Shown: positions 19,360 through 28,842 of the stretch, piece after piece
How the letters are laid out: each line of letters begins with the position of its first letter
How positions within the stretch are numbered: the stretch's first letter is position 1
NCBI GenBank assembly: GCA_965228855.1
Contig: CBDDIJ010000003.1
Span: 2,624,001-2,688,000, forward strand
Reading direction: 5' to 3'
Length of the DNA stretch: 64,000 nt
DNA from: Candidatus Obscuribacterales bacterium
GTDB taxonomy: Bacteria > Cyanobacteriota > Vampirovibrionia > Obscuribacterales > Obscuribacteraceae
The notes under the pieces: generated by a model
Databases searched by the model: none
The model's input: only the letters and a program-made list of their open reading frames with translations
Told to the model about the DNA's origin: nothing
Made by a program: the position numbers and the translations under genes

Positions 19360-21831
19360 ATGAATTCGAATTATCGCACCGCAATATTGTTCGTCTGCGC
19401 TGTTATTGTTTTGTTCGCCGGAACAGCTCGAATTGTTCGCGCAGACGAAACCTACCAGACGCCCGCAAAAATCATTGCTGATCTGGTTCAGAAACCGCCA
19501 ACGCCGGCCGCTACACTTTCGTTCGACAAGAAACACATGCTGCTGTGCGACTTGCCGACGCTTCCAACAATCGCAGACATCTCGCAACCGGAATTACGTT
19601 TGGCCGGTTTCCGCATAAATCCTAAAACAACCGGAGAAAGCAAACCCACTTACTATACGGGTTTGTCCTACCTCGACATGTCAAATCCAGGCGCGAAGCT
19701 AGAGCCAATCAGGGGCTTACCGCAACCTGCGAAAATAAAACATATGAGCTGGTCGGCGGATTGCAAAACAGTCGCCTTCACCATCCTTGAAGACGACGCA
19801 TACAGACTATGGAAGCTCGACATTCCATCGAGACAAGCAAGCAAATTAATTGACGCACCACTCAATGCATTCGTGGGAAGCCCGATAGACTGGGCGTCGG
19901 ATGGCACATTGTACGTTCGACTGCTACCGGATGAAAGAGGCAGCCTTCCGGAAAAGGTTTCAGTCCCGCGTGGTCCCCTCGTGCAGGAGAATGACGGGAA
20001 GAAACGGCCGGCAAGGACGCAGCCGGATACTCTAAAGAACGCGCATGACGAGGCGCTTTTCGACTATTATTTAAAATCCCAAATTGCCCACGTTTTTCTG
20101 GATGGTCGCGTGGAAAAAATCGGAAGCGCCGACAACTACTCTGGAATAAATCCATCACCAGACGCGAAGCACTTGCTCGCAATCACAGTCCACAAGCCCT
20201 ATTCGTACAAGGTCACGATGGAACGTTTTCCTCACCGCATCGAGGTCTGGGATACAAAAGGGAATGTGGAAAAACTGCTTGCCGACAATCCGCTAATGGA
20301 AGAAGTTCCAATTGATTTCAACGCAGTGCCCAACTGCCCGCGCTCTTTCGACTGGCGCTCGGACACTGACGCTACGGTGACCTGGGTAGAAGCACGTGAC
20401 GGTGGAGACCCCAAAGTCAAAGCGGAGATTCGTGACGAAGTTCTGGCGCTCGCGGCGCCGTTTACCGCTAAACCGACCGCAATAGCGCACACTGCATTGC
20501 GCTACAGCGGCATTACATGGGGCGACGGTCAACTCGCCCTGTTGCGCGAATGGTGGTGGAATGATCGAAGAACGAAAACATCGATGTTCTCTCCGGATGA
20601 TCCGAAGAAACCGGTCCGCGTTGTATGGGACCGCTCTTACGAAGACAGATACAGCGATCCAGGCCGACCGGATACGAGAGTGAACTCAAGGCGACAGTCC
20701 GTTCTTCATGTCACCGCCCGCGGTGAATTCATTCTGACCGGAGACGGTGCGTCTCCTGAAGGCGATCGACCATTCTTAGACCTGTTCGACATCAAAACGT
20801 TTAAAACCAAACGACTATGGCGATCCGAAGCCCCATACTACGAGTATGCAGCAACTATGCTGAATGACGAAGGCACGCGCTTTCTGTCGCGCAGAGAATC
20901 TGTTTCTGAACAACCTCAATATTTCATCCGGGACCTGAACAAAAATTCCCTGACGCAAGTGACCAGATTTCCGAACCCAAATCCTGACATTTCCGGTCGA
21001 ATAGAGAAGAAACTTGTTCGATACAAACGAGCTGATGGTGTCGACCTTTCAGGCATCCTATACACCCCTCCTGGTTTTGAAGCTGGAAAATCAAAACCGA
21101 TTCCAATGCTCATGTGGGTTTATCCATCTGAATTTAAAACCAAAAGTGCCGCCTCGCAGGTACAAGATTCGCCATATCGCTTCGTTCGGCTGAGTCATTT
21201 CGGACCGGCATTTGCTCTTCTCATGGGCTTCTCCGTGCTAGACGATCCAGCGATGCCGATTGTCGGAGAGGGCAAAATTGAACCAAATGATACGTACGTA
21301 GAGCAACTGGTATCAGACGCCACCGCTGCAGTTGATGAAGTGGTGAAGCTAGGCGTAGCAGATAGAGACCGCATTGCCATCGCCGGGCACTCTTATGGAG
21401 CATTCACCGCTGCTAATTTGCTTGCCCATACGAATCTGTTTCGCGCCGGTATCGCCCGTAGTGGCGCGTTCAATCGCACGCTCACGCCGTTCGGTTTCCA
21501 ATCTGAAGAGCGGGCATTTTGGGACGCCAAGGACACCTACGTCAAAATGTCGCCCTTTACTCACGCCGACAAAATAGACGAGCCCCTCTTGCTGATCCAC
21601 GGCGAAAACGATGACAATTCGGGCACCTATCCGGTGCAGAGCGAGCGACTTTTCGAAGCGATGAAGGGTCTCGGCGGTCGAGTTCGCTGGGTTGTGCTGC
21701 CTAACGAAACGCATGGATACCGCGCTCGCGAATCCGTTCTGCACACACTAAAAGAAATGGCCGATTGGCTCAACAAGTACGTGGAGAATGCTCCGGCACG
21801 CGCCCAGGTTCAACAAAAAAACGAGGGATGA
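19360..21831 (+). CDS. S9 family serine peptidase (prolyl oligopeptidase / glutamyl peptidase-like), secreted
   Basis: Signal peptide; GHSYG nucleophile, IARSGAFNRTLTPFGFQ, HGENDDN, ETHGY. Confidence 0.9.
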   Translation: MNSNYRTAILFVCAVIVLFAGTARIVRADETYQTPAKIIADLVQKPPTPAATLSFDKKHMLLCDLPTLPTIADISQPELRLAGFRINPKTTGESKPTYYTGLSYLDMSNPGAKLEPIRGLPQPAKIKHMSWSADCKTVAFTILEDDAYRLWKLDIPSRQASKLIDAPLNAFVGSPIDWASDGTLYVRLLPDERGSLPEKVSVPRGPLVQENDGKKRPARTQPDTLKNAHDEALFDYYLKSQIAHVFLDGRVEKIGSADNYSGINPSPDAKHLLAITVHKPYSYKVTMERFPHRIEVWDTKGNVEKLLADNPLMEEVPIDFNAVPNCPRSFDWRSDTDATVTWVEARDGGDPKVKAEIRDEVLALAAPFTAKPTAIAHTALRYSGITWGDGQLALLREWWWNDRRTKTSMFSPDDPKKPVRVVWDRSYEDRYSDPGRPDTRVNSRRQSVLHVTARGEFILTGDGASPEGDRPFLDLFDIKTFKTKRLWRSEAPYYEYAATMLNDEGTRFLSRRESVSEQPQYFIRDLNKNSLTQVTRFPNPNPDISGRIEKKLVRYKRADGVDLSGILYTPPGFEAGKSKPIPMLMWVYPSEFKTKSAASQVQDSPYRFVRLSHFGPAFALLMGFSVLDDPAMPIVGEGKIEPNDTYVEQLVSDATAAVDEVVKLGVADRDRIAIAGHSYGAFTAANLLAHTNLFRAGIARSGAFNRTLTPFGFQSEERAFWDAKDTYVKMSPFTHADKIDEPLLLIHGENDDNSGTYPVQSERLFEAMKGLGGRVRWVVLPNETHGYRARESVLHTLKEMADWLNKYVENAPARAQVQQKNEG

Positions 21832-21835
21832 ACGA

Positions 21836-21851
21836 GCACCGCTAGCGGTGC
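21836..21851. terminator. Palindrome between convergent genes
   Basis: GCACCGCTAGCGGTGC perfect palindrome in the 23-bp gap; weak T-tails. Confidence 0.4.
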
Positions 21852-21854
21852 GTG

Positions 21855-24800
21855 TTAACCGCCGCCTTCGGCTCCCGTATACTGCGTATGTACCTTATTC
21901 AGGAAGCGAGTGATGCTTCCTTGATAAAGCAGGTCCACAGTTCCGACCGGACCGTTCCGTTGTTTAGCCACGATGATCTCAGCTTCTCCGCGACGGTCAG
22001 TCTCAGGATTGTAATATTCATCCCGATAGATAAACATCACAAGATCCGCGTCTTGCTCAATACTATTGTGCACAACGATATCATTAGCTACGAAATTATG
22101 GTGCTCATCGACGGTGAGATCATACACAGGCATCTCGCCGCAAGAGTCTATCGAAACGATCTCATCCCAGTAAATATCACTTTGAGCAAGAGCCGACAGC
22201 GCTGGGGAATCCAATGCCTTTGATATGCGCAACGCTCGCTCCCTGCTCAAGGAGCTCTTATAAAGAGAGGTACCACAATAGGACATTCCGATCCCTTGCT
22301 GAAACGCGCGTGTGGACTGCCCACTGGCTAGACGAGCTGGCTCAACAAGCGAATACCAGGTTTCACGAGGAATGAGATCACGATTTGTATTCGGCTTAAG
22401 CGCCTGCAAGTGATTAATTGACCTTTCCAGTACGGTCTGCCGCCTTGTGTCGCGCAAACCAATAAGCTGAAGGAACGTTAGCTGCTCAGGCTGTCCAGAG
22501 ATCGTAACGTGGAACTGATCCCTACCCTTGTTGTGCTGAGAAACGCAAACAATCCTCGCGTTAATGCCTAATCTCAACAGAAGCGACTGAACACCTCTCG
22601 CAAGTTCTGGGCTACTCGTAGCGTAGAAAATTCGCGGAGATGAATTTCTGTGGGAAATTGTACCGTCGGTAGACCAAAGGTAGCGAAGGAACACCGCAAT
22701 TAATGAGTTGGGCTGACAAAAAACTTGGTCTGGAATACGTTTTTCAGACGAGCGAAGATTAAAAATGCCGAGGCGATCCAACCATCTAGCTATCGGATTC
22801 CTTTTGCCATGAGTGAGCCGCTCAGCACTGGGTAAGTAGGTCTGGTACCAATTCCTTTCTCGCTTTATTCTGGGCTTGATTTGATCTCCAAAAATCTCAA
22901 CTGCTAAATTGGCCGCTTCAATGGCTAGGTCTTCATCTGCGCTTGTGTACTGGATCGCGTGCCGAGCCAGCGTGCAACCATCTCCGATGAGCAAACCGAG
23001 TAGTTTTAACTCGGCTGGTAGCATACTCGGAACCTCGACAGATGGTAGAGTTCGTGGCATCGCTAAACGCTCACCAACCTGCATCTCATCCAGTCGCTTC
23101 CAACCACTTATTGTTAGAAACTTATGATTCGCTGTCGCGGTAATCTTTCTATTTAGCCGCGTTGTTAGTTCGAAAACCGGCTTAACGCCCGTGCAAAAAG
23201 AATTTGTCACTTCGCGAGGTTCCAGTTTAAAGGTATCCACGTTGAGCGCCAAAACCTTGAACCCAGTCTTTCCTACAAGGCTATCAATGCGAACGTACTC
23301 GCCAGTGTCAGGTAAGAATATTTTGGTATCGCCGGATAAGCATCCGGATTCACGTAGGTCAGACAACATTGGTCGCTTGTTCTGACGAGCTTCCACCGCA
23401 CGGGAAAGCTGAGACAGAGCCAACACCGGGACATTCACCTCACGCGCGAGCTGCTTGAGTGAACGCGAGATTTCCGAAACTTCCTGCACCCGGTTGTCCG
23501 TAGCTTTTCTACCTTGCATGAGCTGGATGTAGTCGATGATGACCATGCCCAGCCCACCTTCAGCTTTCAAACGTCGGCACTTCGCGCGAATTTCCAATGC
23601 ATTACACAAAGCGGAGTCATCAATATAAATCGGCGATTCGCCTAAACGTCCCATCGATGTGGCCAGCTTCGTCCAATCGGAAGTGTGCATATGACCGGTT
23701 CTCAACCGGTTGGCATCGATCTCGGCGTCCGAGCAAAGCATACGCATAACCAGAGACTCTTTCGACATTTCCAGACTGAATATCGCAACAGGAACGTTAT
23801 TCTCAACGGCGGCAGCTCTAGCGAGGTTGAGAACCAGTGCGGTGTTGTGAACGCAAATATCGTTTGAAACAAAATTGTGCGTTTCTGGAATCGTTAAGTC
23901 GTAAATTTGTTTCGCTCCCATCGCGTCGATCGAAACAATCTCGTCCCAGTAGATGTCGCTTATCGAATCCGCATCATCGCTGTCGATCTCGCAGTATGGA
24001 GCCTTCAGTTCTTCCACACCGAAGATTCCTATTTTGCTCAAGAACTTCTGAATTGAATTCGGTTCGATAATGTCCAATTGGAAAGTTTGTTTTCGTCGGT
24101 CGACAAAACGCACTCTGCGATTCACCGCAGATAAAACGCCGAAACGCAAGAGTAGATGCTGAATCTGCTTGGCAGTTCGTTCATTGGACGTGACATATGC
24201 AATTTGCAAATCACCATCGTCATCGATAGAAACTCTGCTTGCTGAAGCAAAAAGACGATTGAGGAAAAGCGCAAGTTGTCTCTTCGGCAGAGTAAAAGCA
24301 GCCGACGGAATCTCAGTCACAGCGCCATTTACAGGCAGACCAACGCTTTCGCGCCAGTCCGACATCGGGTTGCTTCCCAACCACGTCGGTCGCGGGCTCA
24401 CATTTATTCCAGCATGACGTTCATAAGCGTCATAACCGGCAGCTCGCTTCAGCGCTTCCTTGCCTTGCAGCTCAGCCACTGCATCTTGGAAGTCCTTCTG
24501 CAGCATCGGGTTGAAGTTGGTGAAGCTTACCTGACCGCGGCGAAGCGATCCATCGCCGGCAAGAAGCGCCATCACTTTCACTTCGCAATCGCGCAGTTCC
24601 TTAGACCCAAAGATTGGAATTTGGCGTGGGATCGCGATCCTGTCGCCCACCTTGATTTGCTCAAGTCTGGTCCAGCCTGCACGAGTCAGGAACGGATGAG
24701 ACAAGGTAGTTTCGATACTCCGTCCTAAACGGGTAGTGACGCGGAAGACAGGTTTTATACCATCATCGACAAAATGGCTTGGCTGCACGATGCGCAATTT

Positions 24801-25571
24801 CAAATCATCACAGAGAGTGAGAAGATCGGCGCTGCCCGCTTTGAAAATTTCTTCAATTGTAGCGACTCGACCATCGCCGAGAACAATTTCCGAATCGAAC
24901 GCAAGGCATTTACCCATCGACGGACGGGCAGCGATAATGACCAGGTCGGAGGGCTGGAATCCCGCTGTCATGGCATCGAGGTCGTAAAACCCGGACGGCA
25001 CGCCTGATAGCGCATCGCGATTTTCATAACGCGCTTCGATCTGCTGGAACGAAGTTTCGACGATGTGCTTCACGTGCACAAGCTGTTGCATCTCACGCTT
25101 TTGCGCGAGTTGGAAAATCATATGCTCGGCGCGATCGAGCGCCACGTCGGCATCGGGTTCTTCATAACAGCTGCCCACAATTTCTGTTCCAGCTTTGATG
25201 AGCTGGCGCAAAATTGCTTTTTCTTGAACGACTTTGGAGTAATACTCCAGGTTGGCGGTGGTTGCGACCGACAGCGATAGGTCCGTGATGTACTGCCGTC
25301 CGCCGACCATATCGAGCTTGCCCTCATCGGACAAGAACTGAGATACGGTCACGATATCGATAGGTTCGCTGCTCTCGTACAAGTCGAGCATCGCCGCGTA
25401 AATGACCTGGTGAGCCTTGCGATAAAAATATTCGGCTTCCAGAAGGTCGACGATTCGCGACACGCCATCGCCACTGCACAGTAGCGCTCCCAACACCGCC
25501 TGCTCGGCTTCGAGCGACTGCGGAGGCAGCCGTTCGAGTGTAGATTCGCCACTAAGTTCGCCGTCCATCAA
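21855..25571 (-). CDS. dnaB: Replicative DNA helicase DnaB precursor with two inteins
   Basis: PPQSLEAEQAVLG, AARPSMGK|T, FSLEMS, IDYIQL, SDLRESG|SIEQDAD, KQRNGP. Confidence 0.97.
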   Translation of the reverse strand: MMDGELSGESTLERLPPQSLEAEQAVLGALLCSGDGVSRIVDLLEAEYFYRKAHQVIYAAMLDLYESSEPIDIVTVSQFLSDEGKLDMVGGRQYITDLSLSVATTANLEYYSKVVQEKAILRQLIKAGTEIVGSCYEEPDADVALDRAEHMIFQLAQKREMQQLVHVKHIVETSFQQIEARYENRDALSGVPSGFYDLDAMTAGFQPSDLVIIAARPSMGKCLAFDSEIVLGDGRVATIEEIFKAGSADLLTLCDDLKLRIVQPSHFVDDGIKPVFRVTTRLGRSIETTLSHPFLTRAGWTRLEQIKVGDRIAIPRQIPIFGSKELRDCEVKVMALLAGDGSLRRGQVSFTNFNPMLQKDFQDAVAELQGKEALKRAAGYDAYERHAGINVSPRPTWLGSNPMSDWRESVGLPVNGAVTEIPSAAFTLPKRQLALFLNRLFASASRVSIDDDGDLQIAYVTSNERTAKQIQHLLLRFGVLSAVNRRVRFVDRRKQTFQLDIIEPNSIQKFLSKIGIFGVEELKAPYCEIDSDDADSISDIYWDEIVSIDAMGAKQIYDLTIPETHNFVSNDICVHNTALVLNLARAAAVENNVPVAIFSLEMSKESLVMRMLCSDAEIDANRLRTGHMHTSDWTKLATSMGRLGESPIYIDDSALCNALEIRAKCRRLKAEGGLGMVIIDYIQLMQGRKATDNRVQEVSEISRSLKQLAREVNVPVLALSQLSRAVEARQNKRPMLSDLRESGCLSGDTKIFLPDTGEYVRIDSLVGKTGFKVLALNVDTFKLEPREVTNSFCTGVKPVFELTTRLNRKITATANHKFLTISGWKRLDEMQVGERLAMPRTLPSVEVPSMLPAELKLLGLLIGDGCTLARHAIQYTSADEDLAIEAANLAVEIFGDQIKPRIKRERNWYQTYLPSAERLTHGKRNPIARWLDRLGIFNLRSSEKRIPDQVFCQPNSLIAVFLRYLWSTDGTISHRNSSPRIFYATSSPELARGVQSLLLRLGINARIVCVSQHNKGRDQFHVTISGQPEQLTFLQLIGLRDTRRQTVLERSINHLQALKPNTNRDLIPRETWYSLVEPARLASGQSTRAFQQGIGMSYCGTSLYKSSLSRERALRISKALDSPALSALAQSDIYWDEIVSIDSCGEMPVYDLTVDEHHNFVANDIVVHNSIEQDADLVMFIYRDEYYNPETDRRGEAEIIVAKQRNGPVGTVDLLYQGSITRFLNKVHTQYTGAEGGG
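22065..23342 (-). mobile_element. Intein (426 aa) at the LRESG/SIEQD site with a LAGLIDADG homing endonuclease
   Basis: Starts CLSGDT, ends IVVHN followed by S; block B TANHKF; LLGLLIGDG and FLRYLWSTDG motifs. Confidence 0.95.
23844..24908 (-). mobile_element. Intein (355 aa) in the DnaB P-loop (GK/T) with a degenerate LAGLIDADG domain
   Basis: Starts CLAFDS, ends ICVHN followed by T; TLSHPF; MALLAGDG present, but the second motif reads FLNRLFASAS. Confidence 0.93.
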
Positions 25572-26042
25572 CTAACTCCTCGGTCCCTAAGGTGGTCTGC
25601 GAAATCGCGACCCAAGTTCAAATCGTTGGATAGAAACTGTTTGCGCTCCTGCAATAGCAAGACGCGCCGATATATGCATTGCATATAAACCAGCAACGTC
25701 TGAGGCAACTTCTCATGCGCCGGACTGGCTCTGCGTCTATATCGAGTTTTCACTTTGCTTACCTAATAGGATACAGAATCCCATGCCGAATCGGTACGAT
25801 CATTGCTCTAATGAATACGGCTCCAGGTCTATATTTTCGAGAACTAGAGAATATCGACAAGAGAGGCAAAAGATATCTTCAATAAGTTAAAACACAATCT
25901 GAAGGTTCATTCCACGGCAAAACAGAGACGTGCGCCGTTTCCGCTCCAGGAACGGAAAGAAGAGACGGAACGAGCATTCCCGATATGAATTCTAATATGG
26001 ACTCTTTTTTATAAAAGACTAGAGACTGCGGTCGCAACCGTT

Positions 26043-27857
26043 CTAATCTTCCTCGAGCGAGGACGTGTCGCCCGTCGGCAAACCAAGCTCCCAAGCCTTT
26101 AACAGACGGCGCATAATTTTGCCTGAACGCGTTTTCGGAAGACTTTCCTTAACTTCGATTTCGCGGGGATAGGCATGTGCAGCCAACTGACGCTTAGTGT
26201 GTTCTCGAATGCTTTCCAGCAACTCATCGCTCGCGGAGAAACCGTTAGCGAGGACGACGAACGCCTTAATAATCTCACCGCGCTCCTTGTCCGGCTTTCC
26301 GATAACACCGGCTTCCGCAACCGCTTCGTGCTCAACCAGGGCAGACTCGACCTCGAACGGTCCGACGCGGTGTCCGGCAGTGTTGATCACGTCATCTGCG
26401 CGCCCGACAAACCAGAAGTAGCCGTCTTCGTCTTTCCAGGCATTATCGCCGCTAAAGTACCATCCCGGGATCTTGAAATACTCGTCGAACTTTTCCTTGT
26501 TGCGCCAGATCCGGCGAAGCATCGACGGCCAGCCCGGTTTCACAACCAGTCGTCCCAGTTTACCGGCTTCCACTTCCTCACCGTCATCATCAACTACTGC
26601 GGCGTAAACGCCTGGAAGCGGTTTACCCATCGATCCAGGTTTAACAGACATGCACGGAATGTTCGCAATCAACTGCATGCCGGTTTCCGTCTGCCACCAG
26701 TTATCGTGAATCGGAAGACCATAGACTTTCATTCCCCAGCGTACGACTTCCGGGTTCAGCGGCTCCCCTACGCTCAAAATATGTCGCAGACTTTCCAGAC
26801 TGTTGCGAAAAACCACATCATCGCCCGCTTTCATCAACATACGCAAAGCGGTCGGCGCCGTGTACCAGACAGTGACCTTCAAACGGTCGATCACTTTGTA
26901 CCAGCTATCGGCGTCGAACCGGCCTTCGTATGAAACGACCGAAGCGCCATTTGACCAGGGACCGAAGATACCATATACGGTGCCCGTGACCCAACCAGGG
27001 TCAGCCGTGCACCAATAGACATCATCATCTTTGAGGTCCAGAACCCATTTTGACGTCATGTGGTGCCCAATAATGTCATTGTGCACGTGAACGACGCCTT
27101 TCGGTTTTCCTGTCGTACCAGATGTGTAGAGCAGATACAGAGGGTCTTCGACATCAGTTCTTTCGCACTCGAATTTGTCCGATTGCTTCGAGACCAGCTC
27201 ATCATAGGTATATTCGCGTTCTTTCAGTTTCGACTTATCACCGTCAACAACGATGGTGTACTGCAAGTCAGGCAGGTCATGCATGATTCCATCAAGCTTC
27301 GGCTTCAACTCCGGATTGGTGATGATGACAATTGCACCACTGTCCTGAAGTCTGTCACGCAGAGCGTCAGGTCCGAATGCCGAGAAGAGAGGACCGGCAA
27401 TTGCTCCAACTTTCGCAATCGCTACTGTAGAAATGTAGAGTTCCGGTACACGCGGGAGGAAAACGAAGACTCGATCGCCTTTTTTGACGCCGAGTTCCTT
27501 CAGAGCGTTAGCCATTCTGTTCGACTCTTCGTAGATGTCTTGGAAGGTGAACTTCTCGAGATTGTTTTTAGCGTCGATAGCGTACAGAGCGACTTTGTTT
27601 CGCTTTCCATCGTGCATATGCCTATCGACAGCGTTGTAGGCAGCGTTCAGTTTGGAGCCGGTAAACCAGGTGAGTTCCTTGCGAGCGTCCTGCCAATCAA
27701 AAGAGGCATATTCGCTCTCGTAATTTTGTAGATTCGGACTGACCGGAAACTTTTTGATTATTTCTTTGCGCACACCAGGTGTCTGGCCATCTTGCTCGAG
27801 GCTGGGCTCTTCCGCACTTTTGCCTTTTGATTTGCCGGGGCTGTCAACCAGTTTCAT
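26043..27857 (-). CDS. acsA: Acetate--CoA ligase
   Basis: YTSGTTGKPKG, WCTADPGW, DNWWQTETG, LPKTRSGKIMRR; GGAGG RBS before ATG 27857. Confidence 0.93.
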   Translation of the reverse strand: MKLVDSPGKSKGKSAEEPSLEQDGQTPGVRKEIIKKFPVSPNLQNYESEYASFDWQDARKELTWFTGSKLNAAYNAVDRHMHDGKRNKVALYAIDAKNNLEKFTFQDIYEESNRMANALKELGVKKGDRVFVFLPRVPELYISTVAIAKVGAIAGPLFSAFGPDALRDRLQDSGAIVIITNPELKPKLDGIMHDLPDLQYTIVVDGDKSKLKEREYTYDELVSKQSDKFECERTDVEDPLYLLYTSGTTGKPKGVVHVHNDIIGHHMTSKWVLDLKDDDVYWCTADPGWVTGTVYGIFGPWSNGASVVSYEGRFDADSWYKVIDRLKVTVWYTAPTALRMLMKAGDDVVFRNSLESLRHILSVGEPLNPEVVRWGMKVYGLPIHDNWWQTETGMQLIANIPCMSVKPGSMGKPLPGVYAAVVDDDGEEVEAGKLGRLVVKPGWPSMLRRIWRNKEKFDEYFKIPGWYFSGDNAWKDEDGYFWFVGRADDVINTAGHRVGPFEVESALVEHEAVAEAGVIGKPDKERGEIIKAFVVLANGFSASDELLESIREHTKRQLAAHAYPREIEVKESLPKTRSGKIMRRLLKAWELGLPTGDTSSLEED

Positions 27858-28136
27858 CTCTACCTCCAGAACACTCAAATTCGATGACTTTCAGATACCG
27901 CGACGCCTTTCTAACCGACCAGGAGAACTCCTTGGCAAGAAATCCGTGCCGAGCAGCGCCTTATAAGTCGCTCGCGCACATAAGAACTGTATAGTCTATC
28001 GCCTTTCCAGCCCTTCTGTATCTTCCAATTCCAGGCTTGAATAGGATTAAGAAAAGCTGCGACCGTTTTGACACGTCAAAATCCGACCCCTGATGGGGTA
28101 AATTATTGATGTACGCGAGAATCTCGGGAGCTACTC

Positions 28137-28757
28137 ATGACAGCCAACTGGACGAACTACAAGATGCAGGCGATCAAGGCGCAGCAAAACCGCAATCTTG
28201 ACGAAGCCGAGCGCATGTGGACCGATGCCCTCAAGGAAGCCGAGAAGTTCGGCGAAAAAGACGGGCGTTTCGTCACCTCCGTGGACAATCTCGCTGCCGT
28301 GCTCTGGCAAAACGAAAAATTCGACAGAGCAGAGCCTCACTTTAAGAAAGCATTGATCATTAGAGAACGCACTTTCCCGCATGACCACGAGGATGTGGCC
28401 ACTTGCTGCAATAATCTCGCGTGCGTTTTATTCAAACGAGAAAAATACAAAGAAGCCGAAGAACTCTACATCCGCACTCTCAACGTGCGCGAAAAGCAGG
28501 ACGGGAAAAACAGCAAGGGGGTCGCAAACTGCCTGTATCAGCTAGGCATGGTGTTCCACGCGCAAAACCGCTACGAGAAGGCCGAGGACTATTACAAACA
28601 GGCGCTCGATATTAAAAACAAGATCTACGGTCCGGACCACGTAGAACTCGTGCATTTGCTGAAGAACTACGCACACCTTTTGAGAAAAACAAACCGCGAA
28701 CCCACAGCAGTTCAGATGGAACAGTTCGCGAAAACTATTGAAGATAAACAGAGATAG
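28137..28757 (+). CDS. Tetratricopeptide repeat protein
   Basis: Repeated NNLA..Y.EAE.LY..AL (kinesin-light-chain-type) TPRs. Confidence 0.9.
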   Translation: MTANWTNYKMQAIKAQQNRNLDEAERMWTDALKEAEKFGEKDGRFVTSVDNLAAVLWQNEKFDRAEPHFKKALIIRERTFPHDHEDVATCCNNLACVLFKREKYKEAEELYIRTLNVREKQDGKNSKGVANCLYQLGMVFHAQNRYEKAEDYYKQALDIKNKIYGPDHVELVHLLKNYAHLLRKTNREPTAVQMEQFAKTIEDKQR

Positions 28758-28842
28758 CGGTCACGTTTCAATTGTCGTGATCTGACATGAAGCCAGTTTT
28801 CGCGCCGGCTATGCTATCAACTCGTACTCGCCCGGTTTTAAA

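Noticed and set aside
25568..25753. 61-aa ORF overlapping the dnaB start
   Set aside because: No recognisable motif; the 4-nt overlap alone is not enough to call it
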